A stretch of DNA of 45,621 nucleotides. Origin: Treponemataceae bacterium. GTDB lineage: Bacteria > Spirochaetota > Spirochaetia > Treponematales > Rectinemataceae. Of the stretch, positions 19,644-28,408 are shown piece after piece. Below the pieces are notes generated by a model. It was not told the origin of the DNA. It saw only the letters and a program-made list of their open reading frames with translations, and made no database searches. The position numbers and the translations under genes were made by a program. The stretch's first letter is position 1; the number at the start of each line of letters is the position of its first letter. The DNA is taken from positions 1-45,621 of the forward strand of contig CAXXGJ010000030.1 of NCBI GenBank assembly GCA_963677895.2, in the 5' to 3' direction.

Positions 19644-20639
19644 ATGACAACAGAACATGCAAAAGAATTTATAAAACGTTATCCGAACGCAAAGAGCTTC
19701 ATAAAACCTTCGCATCTTGAAGAACTATCGCCCTTGCTGGAAGTAGCCATAGAAGCCATAGCCTGCAGGAAAGATGAATTTCATATGCTGGGAGGCAATA
19801 CCTATATGCCCCGCAAGGAAACCGTCGACCGATTCGCTCTAGCCGCTGGGATATCGTACAACCCTCTCGAGGAAGCAACGCGGAAGGAAGGAGATTGCTA
19901 TATAGGCAGATCCCAGGCAATGGTGATGAGCACCGACGGCAAGTATTCCTTCGGCGACATCTGCGAATACGAGTTCGACGTCGAGATCCGGCATGAGGAA
20001 GAAGTGATATCCGACAGAAGCGCCAAGTACCCAAGGCTACACGCTGGGGGGAAGCTCCTTGAAGACAAGGCTCGCATTGCCTATCTTACGCTCCGTAAAG
20101 TTGCGCGCCAACGCGCCAATACAGGCGCAAGGAGCCGGGCAACGCTCTCTCTTCTCGGAATGCAGACAGGATTCAAAGACCTCTTCCGTACCGACGCCCC
20201 GCCTGACGCATCAGTCACCTACCTATTCTCGCGCATCATTGTGAACACCAAGAATGAAATGGTGCTGGGCTACATGCTTAGCAACATCGCCTCCCCGGCC
20301 GCAATGCTCTACGGAACCACAGGAATAAAAAATACGCTTCCGATGATTCAGTCTCCCTGCGACCCCGGAGATACCGAAATTCCCTGTGTCGAGGCAGTGA
20401 TAGATGAAGAGCCACCTTTCATTTTGCCTGAAGAGACTTCGGAATCTACAAATTCCGAAGCAATGACTAAAAGCATAGAAGAATATCTTGATACCAACAC
20501 GCTGGGGCCGAAAGCCCAAGCCGCCGCACGCGACGCCCTTGAAAACCACCGGAACGACGACTCCTACCTTGCCGACATCCTTGCAAGGCTGAAAGTAGTC
20601 CATGACCGGACGGTCGCATCAAGGGAAGAAGCAGCCTAA
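19644..20639 (+). CDS. Hypothetical phage protein (early/recombination module)
   Basis: 331-aa ORF with RBS AAGGA in an operon with the HTH and SbcCD genes; no motif recognised. Confidence 0.7.
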   Translation: MTTEHAKEFIKRYPNAKSFIKPSHLEELSPLLEVAIEAIACRKDEFHMLGGNTYMPRKETVDRFALAAGISYNPLEEATRKEGDCYIGRSQAMVMSTDGKYSFGDICEYEFDVEIRHEEEVISDRSAKYPRLHAGGKLLEDKARIAYLTLRKVARQRANTGARSRATLSLLGMQTGFKDLFRTDAPPDASVTYLFSRIIVNTKNEMVLGYMLSNIASPAAMLYGTTGIKNTLPMIQSPCDPGDTEIPCVEAVIDEEPPFILPEETSESTNSEAMTKSIEEYLDTNTLGPKAQAAARDALENHRNDDSYLADILARLKVVHDRTVASREEAA

Positions 20640-20653
20640 GAAAGGATTTTCAC

Positions 20654-20860
20654 ATGGAACATAGTCTCACCATAGAACGGAAATTCTATTCCGTCGACGA
20701 AACCGCATCCATGCTCGGATGCACCGAGGTGACCATACGCCGCTGGGTGATGGACGGCACTATCGGATCGGTGAAAATCGGAGGAAGACGCCTCATCCCG
20801 ACAAAAGTGATCGAAGAGCTTATCGAACGGGCTCAGCCGGAGAAAAAGGAGGCAGCATGA
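20654..20860 (+). CDS. Excisionase-type HTH DNA-binding protein
   Basis: FYSVDETASMLGCTEVTIRRWVMDGTIGSVKIGGRRLIP. Confidence 0.88.
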   Translation: MEHSLTIERKFYSVDETASMLGCTEVTIRRWVMDGTIGSVKIGGRRLIPTKVIEELIERAQPEKKEAA

Positions 20861-23800
20861 AACTCATACACGCAGCGGATCTGCATGCACGGGGATCCTC
20901 ATGGAATGAATTCAAGACAAGTATCGAGCATATAGGCATGGCAGCCGGCAAGCATGGAGCACAGCTCATCGCCCTCGCCGGTGACATATGGGATGGTCCC
21001 GTCCAGAACTCGGCGGGATCGCTATTTCCTGATTTCGTAGAAGCCATTCGCTCGCTCGCCGACTTCGCCCCAGTGGCGATGGTCTATGGCACCCCCAGCC
21101 ACGATGTGGAAGGAAGCCTTGATGTCTTCGAGAGCCTTGAAGCCAATTATTCGATAAAGATCCTGCAGCCGGGAATCGCCTATGCGCTGAAGGACGGCTC
21201 GATCGAGGAACTTGGATGCGGCAACGAAGAAGGCGCCGAATGCATTATCTTCGGCTTTCCCGAACCTTCCCATAAATGGCTCCTCGCAAATGAAGATTCT
21301 GGCGGCGGAAAGGGCATAGAAATGAAAGCCCGCAACGCCCTCGGGACCCTATGCATGGCGACTGGCTGCATGAGGGAGAAATATCCGAAGCTGCCTTGCA
21401 TCGTCATCGCGCACGGGAAGATCGAGGGTGCATTCATGGGCAAGGGAATGCATATCGGTCCCGGACAGGGACTAAGCTTTTCGAAGGACGACTTGAAGGC
21501 TTTGAAAGCCGACTACATCGCCTTCGGCGACATCCACGAGCCGCAGAGAATAGAGGGAACAAGAGCCTGGTATGCGGGGAGCATCTACCCTCTCGATTTT
21601 GGCGAAGGGCACAAGGCGGGCTGCTGGGCGGTGACCCTAGCCTCTCCAGGTGATCCGGCATTAGCCGAAAGGGTAGCCTTCCCCCACCCCATCAAGCGGC
21701 ACCTCATCTCTTCAGGCGAATGTGCCGAGGAAATTCCTGGAATGCACGGCGAATGTGTATGGTACGAGGTCCGCTGCACCAGGGAGGAAGCTGCCCGATT
21801 GGACCCCGATATGATCCTGTCCCGACTCTTAGGACATGGCGCTTCGAAAGGATCCAAGGTGAGCCTGGAAATACAGCCTTCGGAGGCCTCGAGGTCTCCG
21901 GAGATAAGGAAAGCGGAAGGCTTCGAGAAGAAGCTGGAAGTATGGGCGAAAAGCGCAGAGGAAAAGCTTTGTAAAAGCGTAATCGAGAAAGCCGGAATGC
22001 TATCCCGGGAGACGGCGAAGGACAGCACTATCGCCGGCAACGCGCGGTTCCGCATAGAGAAGCTTGTGCTGCGGGGCGCCATAGGTACCTGGAAGAAAGG
22101 GAAAAAGGATGAAGTCGAACTTGATCTGGCCGCGAGAGGGCCGGGTGTGATCGCGCTCTCGGGGCGGAACGGATTAGGGAAGACAACCCTCCTTGAGAAC
22201 CTGCATCCCTGGCCAAGGCTTCTTACGAGAGACGGGTCATTGCGGAGCCATTTCCGGCTGCCTGATTCGTTCAGGGATCTCCTTCTCATCGATACGCTGA
22301 CGGGCTGGAAGTATAGGTGTCTTATAAGGATGAGGGCTGACATCCCCTCTGGTGCCTGCGAATACTGGCTCTTCCGCGATGAAGGAAGCGGATTTACCCC
22401 TCTTCCGGGAATAAACGGCCGGCTCGAGCCATACGAAGAATGGGTGGAGAAGATATTCGGGAAACTGGAGATCTTCCTCCGTACGGCTTTCATACCACAG
22501 AGGCCTGCGCGGGGCATTCCAGACATGGCTGAGGCTACGAAGGGAGAGAGGAAAGCGCTATTCGGGGAACTTGCCGGGATAAGATGGCTTGAAGCCTACA
22601 GGCTTGCGGCCAAGGGAAAAGCGGAAGCGGCAGCACATGAAAAGACGCTGATCGAAGCAAAAGCCAGCGTCTATACAGATTCTGACTCCTACGCAGAAAG
22701 CATAAGAGAACGAATCCTGCAGCATGGCGAAAATCTGGAATTATTGCTTAGAAGAAAGGAAAACATTTCCAGGGACTTATCGATAGCACAGGCCTGTTTG
22801 GACATGACGAAGAAAGGCAGGGAAGAAAAGGCAAGCATCCTTGTCGAGAGGGAGCGGGCCTCCCGCGACATGGTGAAGGCGAAGAACAGCGAATGCGGCT
22901 TCCTTGAGGAGATTGAGATATTCCGCGCGAGTCTCCGGAAGCGTGAAGATGCCAGCAGACTGATCGAGACCTCGAACGCTCTGGAATCCAAGAAGAAACT
23001 GCTCGAACAAAAGCAGTCATCTATTGAGGCGGTAAACAGAAAAGTCTCCCGTGAATATTCCGAGGCATTGGGAAAATATGCGGCTCTCCATGATCAGCAA
23101 GCCAGAGAACTCGATCTGGCACGGCGGAACACCGCCGCGCAGGAAACTAAAATTAATATTATCTCTGAGCGGCTTGAAAAGCCTGAGGGAGATATATGCC
23201 CGGAATGCGGACAGAAGCTGCCTGCTGACCGGATGGAACACATCGCCCTTGGAAGGAAGAGGCTGAGAGTAGAACTCGAGAAAGAATCTGGAGTCCTGGA
23301 AAGGATGAAGGAACGTTGCAGTTTCTGCGAAAAAAGAATGGAAGAGTTGCACCGGCCCCAGGTGCCCAATTTGATTGATTTTGAACAGGAAGCCGAACTG
23401 GAAGAATTGGTGGTGTCCATCAACTCCATCGATATCCGGAATGCAGTGGAGACGATCAGCAGAGCGAATATCGCAGAAGAAAGGATCGAGGAGGCTCGAA
23501 AAAAAGTGGCAAAGCTGGAAAAGGAAATCGGCCATTTCGCGGAAATCGAAGAAAAATGCGCAAGAAGCCTCAGAAAGATCGAGGAGAAGCTGAAGGAATA
23601 TGGCAAGGCCGAGGAGGCAGAAAAACTGCTGCAGAAACTCGTCGCAACCAATGGAGAGATCATACGTGAAGAAGAGAGGAAGAATACGGCGGAGCGCGAT
23701 CTCATCCAGGCATGCACCAATATTGAAAAAAAGAAAAAGCTCACTGACAGGGCAAAGGAACTCTCAACCGAAATCAGGGATTGGGATCTTCTTCAAAAAG

Positions 23801-24330
23801 CGGCAGGAACTGACGGCATCCAGGCTCTGGAGCTCGACGCGCTGGCTCCGAACATCTCGGAAATTGCGACGCGATTGCTTTTAGCCTCCGGGAACCAGGG
23901 AACTATCGACATCCGAACGACAAGGATTGGCGGAAAGGGATCGCAGCAGCGGCAAATCGAAGACTTCCTCATCATGTACATTGATCCGGAAGGCAATGAA
24001 CAGGAGATATCCACTCTCTCGGGCGGAGAATCCGTCTGGATACGAAAAGCCGTCTACGACGCCTTTGAGGTGATCCGTGCACGCTCGACGGGGCTTCAGT
24101 TCCTGACCGTAGTCCACGATGAAGCCGACGGGGCCCTCGACGCCGAAGCGAGAATGCGCTATCTGCGGATGATCGAAGCCGCGCACAGCGAATCAGGGCG
24201 CTATCAGTCGATCATCATAACGCACAGCCTGGAACTCCAGTCGATGGCAAGCACCTGCATCGCGATGGAGAGCCTGGGGCCGGCGAAAGGAAAGGATCCC
24301 GAAGAGCTGGCGATAGCATTAGCTGCCTGA
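20857..24330 (+). CDS. SbcD-SbcC (Mre11-Rad50) fusion protein
   Basis: Phosphoesterase motifs ADLH, AGD..D, GTPSHD, AHG, GDIH. Then Walker A GRNGLGKT, coiled coil, CPECG zinc hook, LSGGE, HDEADGALD, ITH. ATG overlaps the upstream stop (ATGA), RBS GGAGG. Confidence 0.9.
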   Translation: MKLIHAADLHARGSSWNEFKTSIEHIGMAAGKHGAQLIALAGDIWDGPVQNSAGSLFPDFVEAIRSLADFAPVAMVYGTPSHDVEGSLDVFESLEANYSIKILQPGIAYALKDGSIEELGCGNEEGAECIIFGFPEPSHKWLLANEDSGGGKGIEMKARNALGTLCMATGCMREKYPKLPCIVIAHGKIEGAFMGKGMHIGPGQGLSFSKDDLKALKADYIAFGDIHEPQRIEGTRAWYAGSIYPLDFGEGHKAGCWAVTLASPGDPALAERVAFPHPIKRHLISSGECAEEIPGMHGECVWYEVRCTREEAARLDPDMILSRLLGHGASKGSKVSLEIQPSEASRSPEIRKAEGFEKKLEVWAKSAEEKLCKSVIEKAGMLSRETAKDSTIAGNARFRIEKLVLRGAIGTWKKGKKDEVELDLAARGPGVIALSGRNGLGKTTLLENLHPWPRLLTRDGSLRSHFRLPDSFRDLLLIDTLTGWKYRCLIRMRADIPSGACEYWLFRDEGSGFTPLPGINGRLEPYEEWVEKIFGKLEIFLRTAFIPQRPARGIPDMAEATKGERKALFGELAGIRWLEAYRLAAKGKAEAAAHEKTLIEAKASVYTDSDSYAESIRERILQHGENLELLLRRKENISRDLSIAQACLDMTKKGREEKASILVERERASRDMVKAKNSECGFLEEIEIFRASLRKREDASRLIETSNALESKKKLLEQKQSSIEAVNRKVSREYSEALGKYAALHDQQARELDLARRNTAAQETKINIISERLEKPEGDICPECGQKLPADRMEHIALGRKRLRVELEKESGVLERMKERCSFCEKRMEELHRPQVPNLIDFEQEAELEELVVSINSIDIRNAVETISRANIAEERIEEARKKVAKLEKEIGHFAEIEEKCARSLRKIEEKLKEYGKAEEAEKLLQKLVATNGEIIREEERKNTAERDLIQACTNIEKKKKLTDRAKELSTEIRDWDLLQKAAGTDGIQALELDALAPNISEIATRLLLASGNQGTIDIRTTRIGGKGSQQRQIEDFLIMYIDPEGNEQEISTLSGGESVWIRKAVYDAFEVIRARSTGLQFLTVVHDEADGALDAEARMRYLRMIEAAHSESGRYQSIIITHSLELQSMASTCIAMESLGPAKGKDPEELAIALAA

Positions 24331-24339
24331 GAAATTCAT

Positions 24340-24383
24340 ATTCGCGGCGTTCTCCTGCAAGAAGGTAAGAGGATGCCGCGAAT
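24340..24383 (+). other. Strong intergenic hairpin after the SbcCD gene
   Basis: ATTCGCGGCGTTCTC / GAGGATGCCGCGAAT 15-bp stem with G-U pairs; no clear U tract. Confidence 0.55.
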
Positions 24384-24418
24384 CCGTTCAAGTTTCTGGA
24401 AAGTAAAGAGGAATAGAC

Positions 24419-24748
24419 ATGACTTCATCAGCGCGATGTACGCGAGAGTCAAATGACAAATCCGGAATAATACAGGAGGATTTTCTTCGATGGCACTATT
24501 CGCATACGGAGATCTACCTCGAACTGAAAAGAATTGCTATAAAGGAAAAAGCCGCGGGGCGTGAAGCAATATCGATGAGCGACCTTTTTGATATATATGA
24601 TGAATCCCTCATGTATAACGGTTCGGAGAAAAAACCTGTACCGCGTCATTATACCCGATTCTACATGAGTCTATTATCCTCGCACCACTGCCTGTGGGAA
24701 TTCCTGAGGCTGCCAGTATCGCCGGATAGAGATAGTATCGGAGAATAA
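24419..24748 (+). CDS. Hypothetical phage protein
   Basis: 109-aa ORF with RBS GAGG, ending 1 bp before the next start. Confidence 0.6.
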   Translation: MTSSARCTRESNDKSGIIQEDFLRWHYSHTEIYLELKRIAIKEKAAGREAISMSDLFDIYDESLMYNGSEKKPVPRHYTRFYMSLLSSHHCLWEFLRLPVSPDRDSIGE

Positions 24749-24749
24749 G

Positions 24750-25406
24750 ATGCCTCGGTGCCCCAGGGCAGCGCTCGATTACTTCCCCATCGATACCAGC
24801 TGGAACCTGAAGATGAGACTCCTCGTTGCCCGATTCGGGCTTGATGGCTTAGGGGCAGTCATACAGCTCGAACAGATGATATTCAGGGAAGGATATTCAT
24901 GCAGATGGAGCCATGATGCGGAATGCCTGTTCATAATGGAGAACAGCACCACCAAAGAAAGAATAGAAGAAGTCCTAGAATACTGCCTAGCGAATGGAAT
25001 TTTTGACCGGAATATCCTCATGAATAAAGGAGTGCTTACATCAAGGGACATACAACTTCAGTGGCTGAAGATATGCGAAATATCCAGGAGAAAAAGCTAC
25101 AGCATAGCACCGGAACTGGACCTCACTACAAAGCAGTACGAATTCGAGGATCTCAAAAATGATAGAAGCCAAGAAGAAAATCAGGATAGGAATCCCAAAG
25201 CTCAGAAGAATTCAGAGAGAATGCGTAATGATTCGGAGAAATCCGGAGAAATTCCACATTCGCTCAGTAAAGAAAATGAAATAAAAGAAAAAGAAAGCAT
25301 CGCAGAATGTGATGAGTTCAACAATACGGAACAAACTGAGAGCCCGCTCATGCGACGGTTACTTCAAGAGGTGGAAATAAGCAAAAAAAAAGCAGGGAAG
25401 ATATGA
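24750..25406 (+). CDS. DUF4373 (Lin1244/Lin1753-like) phage replication protein
   Basis: LDYFPID...L.ARFG.DG...GIFD...GVLTS.DIQ N-terminal domain followed by a charged linker. Confidence 0.75.
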   Translation: MPRCPRAALDYFPIDTSWNLKMRLLVARFGLDGLGAVIQLEQMIFREGYSCRWSHDAECLFIMENSTTKERIEEVLEYCLANGIFDRNILMNKGVLTSRDIQLQWLKICEISRRKSYSIAPELDLTTKQYEFEDLKNDRSQEENQDRNPKAQKNSERMRNDSEKSGEIPHSLSKENEIKEKESIAECDEFNNTEQTESPLMRRLLQEVEISKKKAGKI

Positions 25407-25448
25407 AGGCAAAAAATGATATTTATAGCTGAGTGCCGGCACTTTTTT

Positions 25449-25483
25449 AATGCTGCAATCCTCATAAAGGAGCCGCATTTTTT
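25449..25483 (+). terminator. Putative intrinsic terminator of the early operon
   Basis: AATGCTGC..TCCT/AGGAGCCGCATT imperfect stem followed by a T run. Confidence 0.4.
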
Positions 25484-25573
25484 GCCCAAAAAAAATAAAA
25501 TGTCTTTGAAATAATCTTCATCGGATTCAATCAAACCAAGCCCTCTTGTGCGTATCTATAGTAGGAGGACAAG

Positions 25574-25930
25574 ATGGAAAACTATGATTCGGATGTTCTG
25601 GTTATTGATGAAGTTGTGACCGAGCTGCGCTACGGATACCTGCAAAAGCTGTCCCAGGTTCCCATTGCAGAAGCTCCGCCAAAACCCTCGAAAAACCTGA
25701 CACTTGTCTATGAGGCATACATTTGCCCCGAGTACTTTGTAAAGCCGATTGTAGCGATACCGGGCAACCATTTAAAGGATGTCCAATACCAGTACGAATA
25801 TCGCGGCCGTGTAGAAAGAGAAATGTATTTTATTAAGACCGTCCTACTCTCCCAGAATGACAGGATCACTAAGTGGTTCAGTTCAGGGATCGCCGACAAA
25901 AGGGGGCGCATATGGTTCGTGGACCCGTGA
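25574..25930 (+). CDS. Hypothetical protein coupled to the downstream recombinase
   Basis: RBS AGGAGG; stop overlaps the next start (TGATG). Confidence 0.65.
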   Translation: MENYDSDVLVIDEVVTELRYGYLQKLSQVPIAEAPPKPSKNLTLVYEAYICPEYFVKPIVAIPGNHLKDVQYQYEYRGRVEREMYFIKTVLLSQNDRITKWFSSGIADKRGRIWFVDP

Positions 25931-26760
25931 TGACCGTCGATTGGCTGGAGCTTCTCCAGGATGCCATGGATGCAATGAAGTTCTCACGGCGGACCAAAGT
26001 GCGCTACCTCCACATTGTGAAATGTTTTAATAGCGTTAAAAAGACGGAAAGCCAGGAAACCTGCTTGGAAGAAATAGTGAGGCATTATATTGCCCAGCTC
26101 GAGAGAGAGGGAGCGTCTGCATCTACAATGAATCAGGCCATCAGCGCGATCAAGTTTTTCTACCTGCGCGTAATGGGGCGGCCGCTCGACATAGACTTCC
26201 GCCCCCGGGCTGACAGGAAGCTCCCGGAGATTTTATCCTTCCGAAATATTGATCGGATAATCGAGGCAGCGGAAGATCCCAAACACAAACTTACCATTGC
26301 CCTCGCCTATTCCGCGGGGCTCAGGCCTTCCGAGATCGCATCCCTCAAGGTTACCGATATTGAAATGTCCCGGATGACCCTATTTGTCCGCGGAGGAAAA
26401 GGGCGGAAAGACCGCTATACCATCTTGGCATCCAGGACTCTGGATCTCCTCAAGATATACCTTGCACAGATGAAACCGCAGAAATGGCTTTTCCCCGGAC
26501 ATCCTGACGGTCACATCACGGTGAGAGCCCTGCAATCCGCGATGACACATGCCGCCAGAAAAGCCGGATACCAAGAAGGGGCAAACATGCGCAAGTTGAG
26601 ACACAGCTTTGCTACTCACCTTGTGGAGAATAAAACAAGCCTCCTTGCCGTGCGGGATCTTCTCGGTCATGCGAGCCTGGCGACTACGCAAATTTATCTC
26701 CAGGTTGCCCGTACAGGATCTCTCACAAGCCAAAGCCCCTATGACCAGCGGAAACCCTGA
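25930..26760 (+). CDS. Tyrosine recombinase of the integron-integrase-like group, lacking the IntI-specific insertion
   Basis: SASTMNQAISAIKFFY, KLPEILS, YSAGLRPSE, GGKGRKDRYTIL, WLFPG, RKLRHSFATHL, LLGHASLATTQIY. Confidence 0.85.
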   Translation: MTVDWLELLQDAMDAMKFSRRTKVRYLHIVKCFNSVKKTESQETCLEEIVRHYIAQLEREGASASTMNQAISAIKFFYLRVMGRPLDIDFRPRADRKLPEILSFRNIDRIIEAAEDPKHKLTIALAYSAGLRPSEIASLKVTDIEMSRMTLFVRGGKGRKDRYTILASRTLDLLKIYLAQMKPQKWLFPGHPDGHITVRALQSAMTHAARKAGYQEGANMRKLRHSFATHLVENKTSLLAVRDLLGHASLATTQIYLQVARTGSLTSQSPYDQRKP

Positions 26761-27190
26761 AAACCGGATCTCCTCCGCAGCCTCTCGCCTCCCGGTGCGT
26801 CCGGTGCACAGATTTAAAAGCATCGGGGCGCCACTGAAAGGGCCGATACTCTCCGGCCGGCAAACCATAAATATTTGACGGCCGGTGGCTTGCCGTAAGC
26901 CCCGATAAACAAATGATGGCTGCCGTCACGACAAACAAGCATGAGTGATTTATTTATTGGGGTAAAAAAACAGCCTCAAGCCACAGCTCTCTGCTGATAG
27001 CAACCTAACATGGTCGATAAATCTTCTATTTCACTACTCTTTTCCCGCCGCCATTGGGCGGTGCGACGAGCGTGAATGGAAATTGGAAAATATAGACCAT
27101 AAGATCAAATAATGATGATTAGTACTAATACCGAAGCAAGATAGCAGGTAGAATAGTCAAAGCAGAAAGCAAGAAGAAGGTACCACAACA

Positions 27191-28135
27191 ATGATAATCC
27201 TAGAGAGCGTACGAGAGCGCGATATAGACCTGTTGATACTGGAAGAGTGGAATGTAAACAAAGGATTCTGTGAATGGTTGGTAAACAAGATTGTAAGGTG
27301 GCCTTTTGAAATAGTAGTAGCGAAGGCATACCACTCTGTGATGCAGGACAACCTCGGCGAAACGGATTTATTTCTGGAATTTGAGACAGGCGATGGTAAG
27401 TATGCGATTCTCATAGAAAATAAAATAGATGCGATAGCTCAAGACCAGCAAGGAACTCGATACAGGATGAGAGCAGCCAACCTAAAGAACAAAAGTTTAT
27501 ACAAAGAAACATATACATGCATCACAGCGGCAAACCATTATCTGGAGACTAACAGCGAAGTGAGGGAATACCAATATTCAGTTAGCTATGAACAGATACT
27601 TGATTGGTATGCTTCGATGGGAGACCCACGTAGCGAGTACAAGGCAATGGTGTTGAGACTTGCAATCGATCAGGAGAGAAGAGGATATTTTGCCAAGGAA
27701 GATATCCAGGTGACGAAATTCTGGCATGAATACTGGGAGATGCTCTGCGAAAGAAGACCAGATGTCTATATGAGGGAGCCAATAAATATCCCCGAAGGAT
27801 CGGATTGGCCTGTACTGTCATTCACGTGGATGCCAGCGAAGTGGAAGCTGCGACACAAGTGGGCAAAATCCGTATTGGATATGGAGACAGACCTTCAAGA
27901 AGCCGAGGTATGGGAGATACTGCAAAAGACTAGAGATGAGGCAATGAATATATCTAGAACTGGGAAATCTATCTCTATCAGCATAAAAGTAAAGAAAGTC
28001 GATCGAAAACAACCGTTCAATGAACAGATGGAAGCAATGGAAACAGCTTTAGCAGCACTGGAGAAATTCAGTTCCCTTAAAGATGTGATATTAGGAAGAG
28101 CAAGAGAAAGGTATATGTATAAAGATTGCTTTTAG
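27191..28135 (+). CDS. PD-(D/E)XK nuclease family protein
   Basis: ERDIDLL...GETDL...ILIENKIDA..QDQQ..RY motif. Confidence 0.75.
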   Translation: MIILESVRERDIDLLILEEWNVNKGFCEWLVNKIVRWPFEIVVAKAYHSVMQDNLGETDLFLEFETGDGKYAILIENKIDAIAQDQQGTRYRMRAANLKNKSLYKETYTCITAANHYLETNSEVREYQYSVSYEQILDWYASMGDPRSEYKAMVLRLAIDQERRGYFAKEDIQVTKFWHEYWEMLCERRPDVYMREPINIPEGSDWPVLSFTWMPAKWKLRHKWAKSVLDMETDLQEAEVWEILQKTRDEAMNISRTGKSISISIKVKKVDRKQPFNEQMEAMETALAALEKFSSLKDVILGRARERYMYKDCF

Positions 28136-28262
28136 TGAAGTATGGGAGGCGCTTGAGATAATAGGTGGAATACAGCATCCCCAATGCACCCATTGATCTA
28201 CTCAGGGTAGCAGAAAAGCATCTACGATTTTGGAAAATCCCAATTACCTAATATTTAAAGCA

Positions 28263-28278
28263 GTATCTGCAGAATAGT
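28263..28278 (+). repeat. 16-bp direct repeat, copy 1 (GTATCTGCAGAATAGT)
   Basis: Identical to 31292-31307; the two copies bracket the lipoprotein gene. Confidence 0.8.
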
Positions 28279-28408
28279 ATCTGCCTTATGCTTCGCCGTC
28301 CATCGTTACTGTTGTACTCCCATCTCTCCTCTCCTCGTTCATTATATATGGTCTGAACGAAGAGGGGGACACTATAAAAGCATGCTATTTATAAGGTTGA
28401 CTTAGATT

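Noticed and set aside
20719..20856. N-terminal extensions of the 1203-aa ORF (and similarly 32977-33258 of the portal ORF, 40263-40331 of the scaffold ORF)
   Set aside because: They overlap upstream genes or a structured leader; RBS-supported starts lie at 20857, 33259 and 40332.
21585..22526. Long antisense ORFs (also 30621-31259, 32657-33286, 40031-40921, 41030-41635, 43299-43919)
   Set aside because: Shadow frames of well-supported genes on the other strand, with no motifs of their own.
27003..27103. Possible attC downstream of the IntI-like recombinase (ACCTAAC-ATGGTC...GACCAT)
   Set aside because: Has an R''-like end and a short stem but no GTTRRRY right end or proper L boxes; too degenerate to call.
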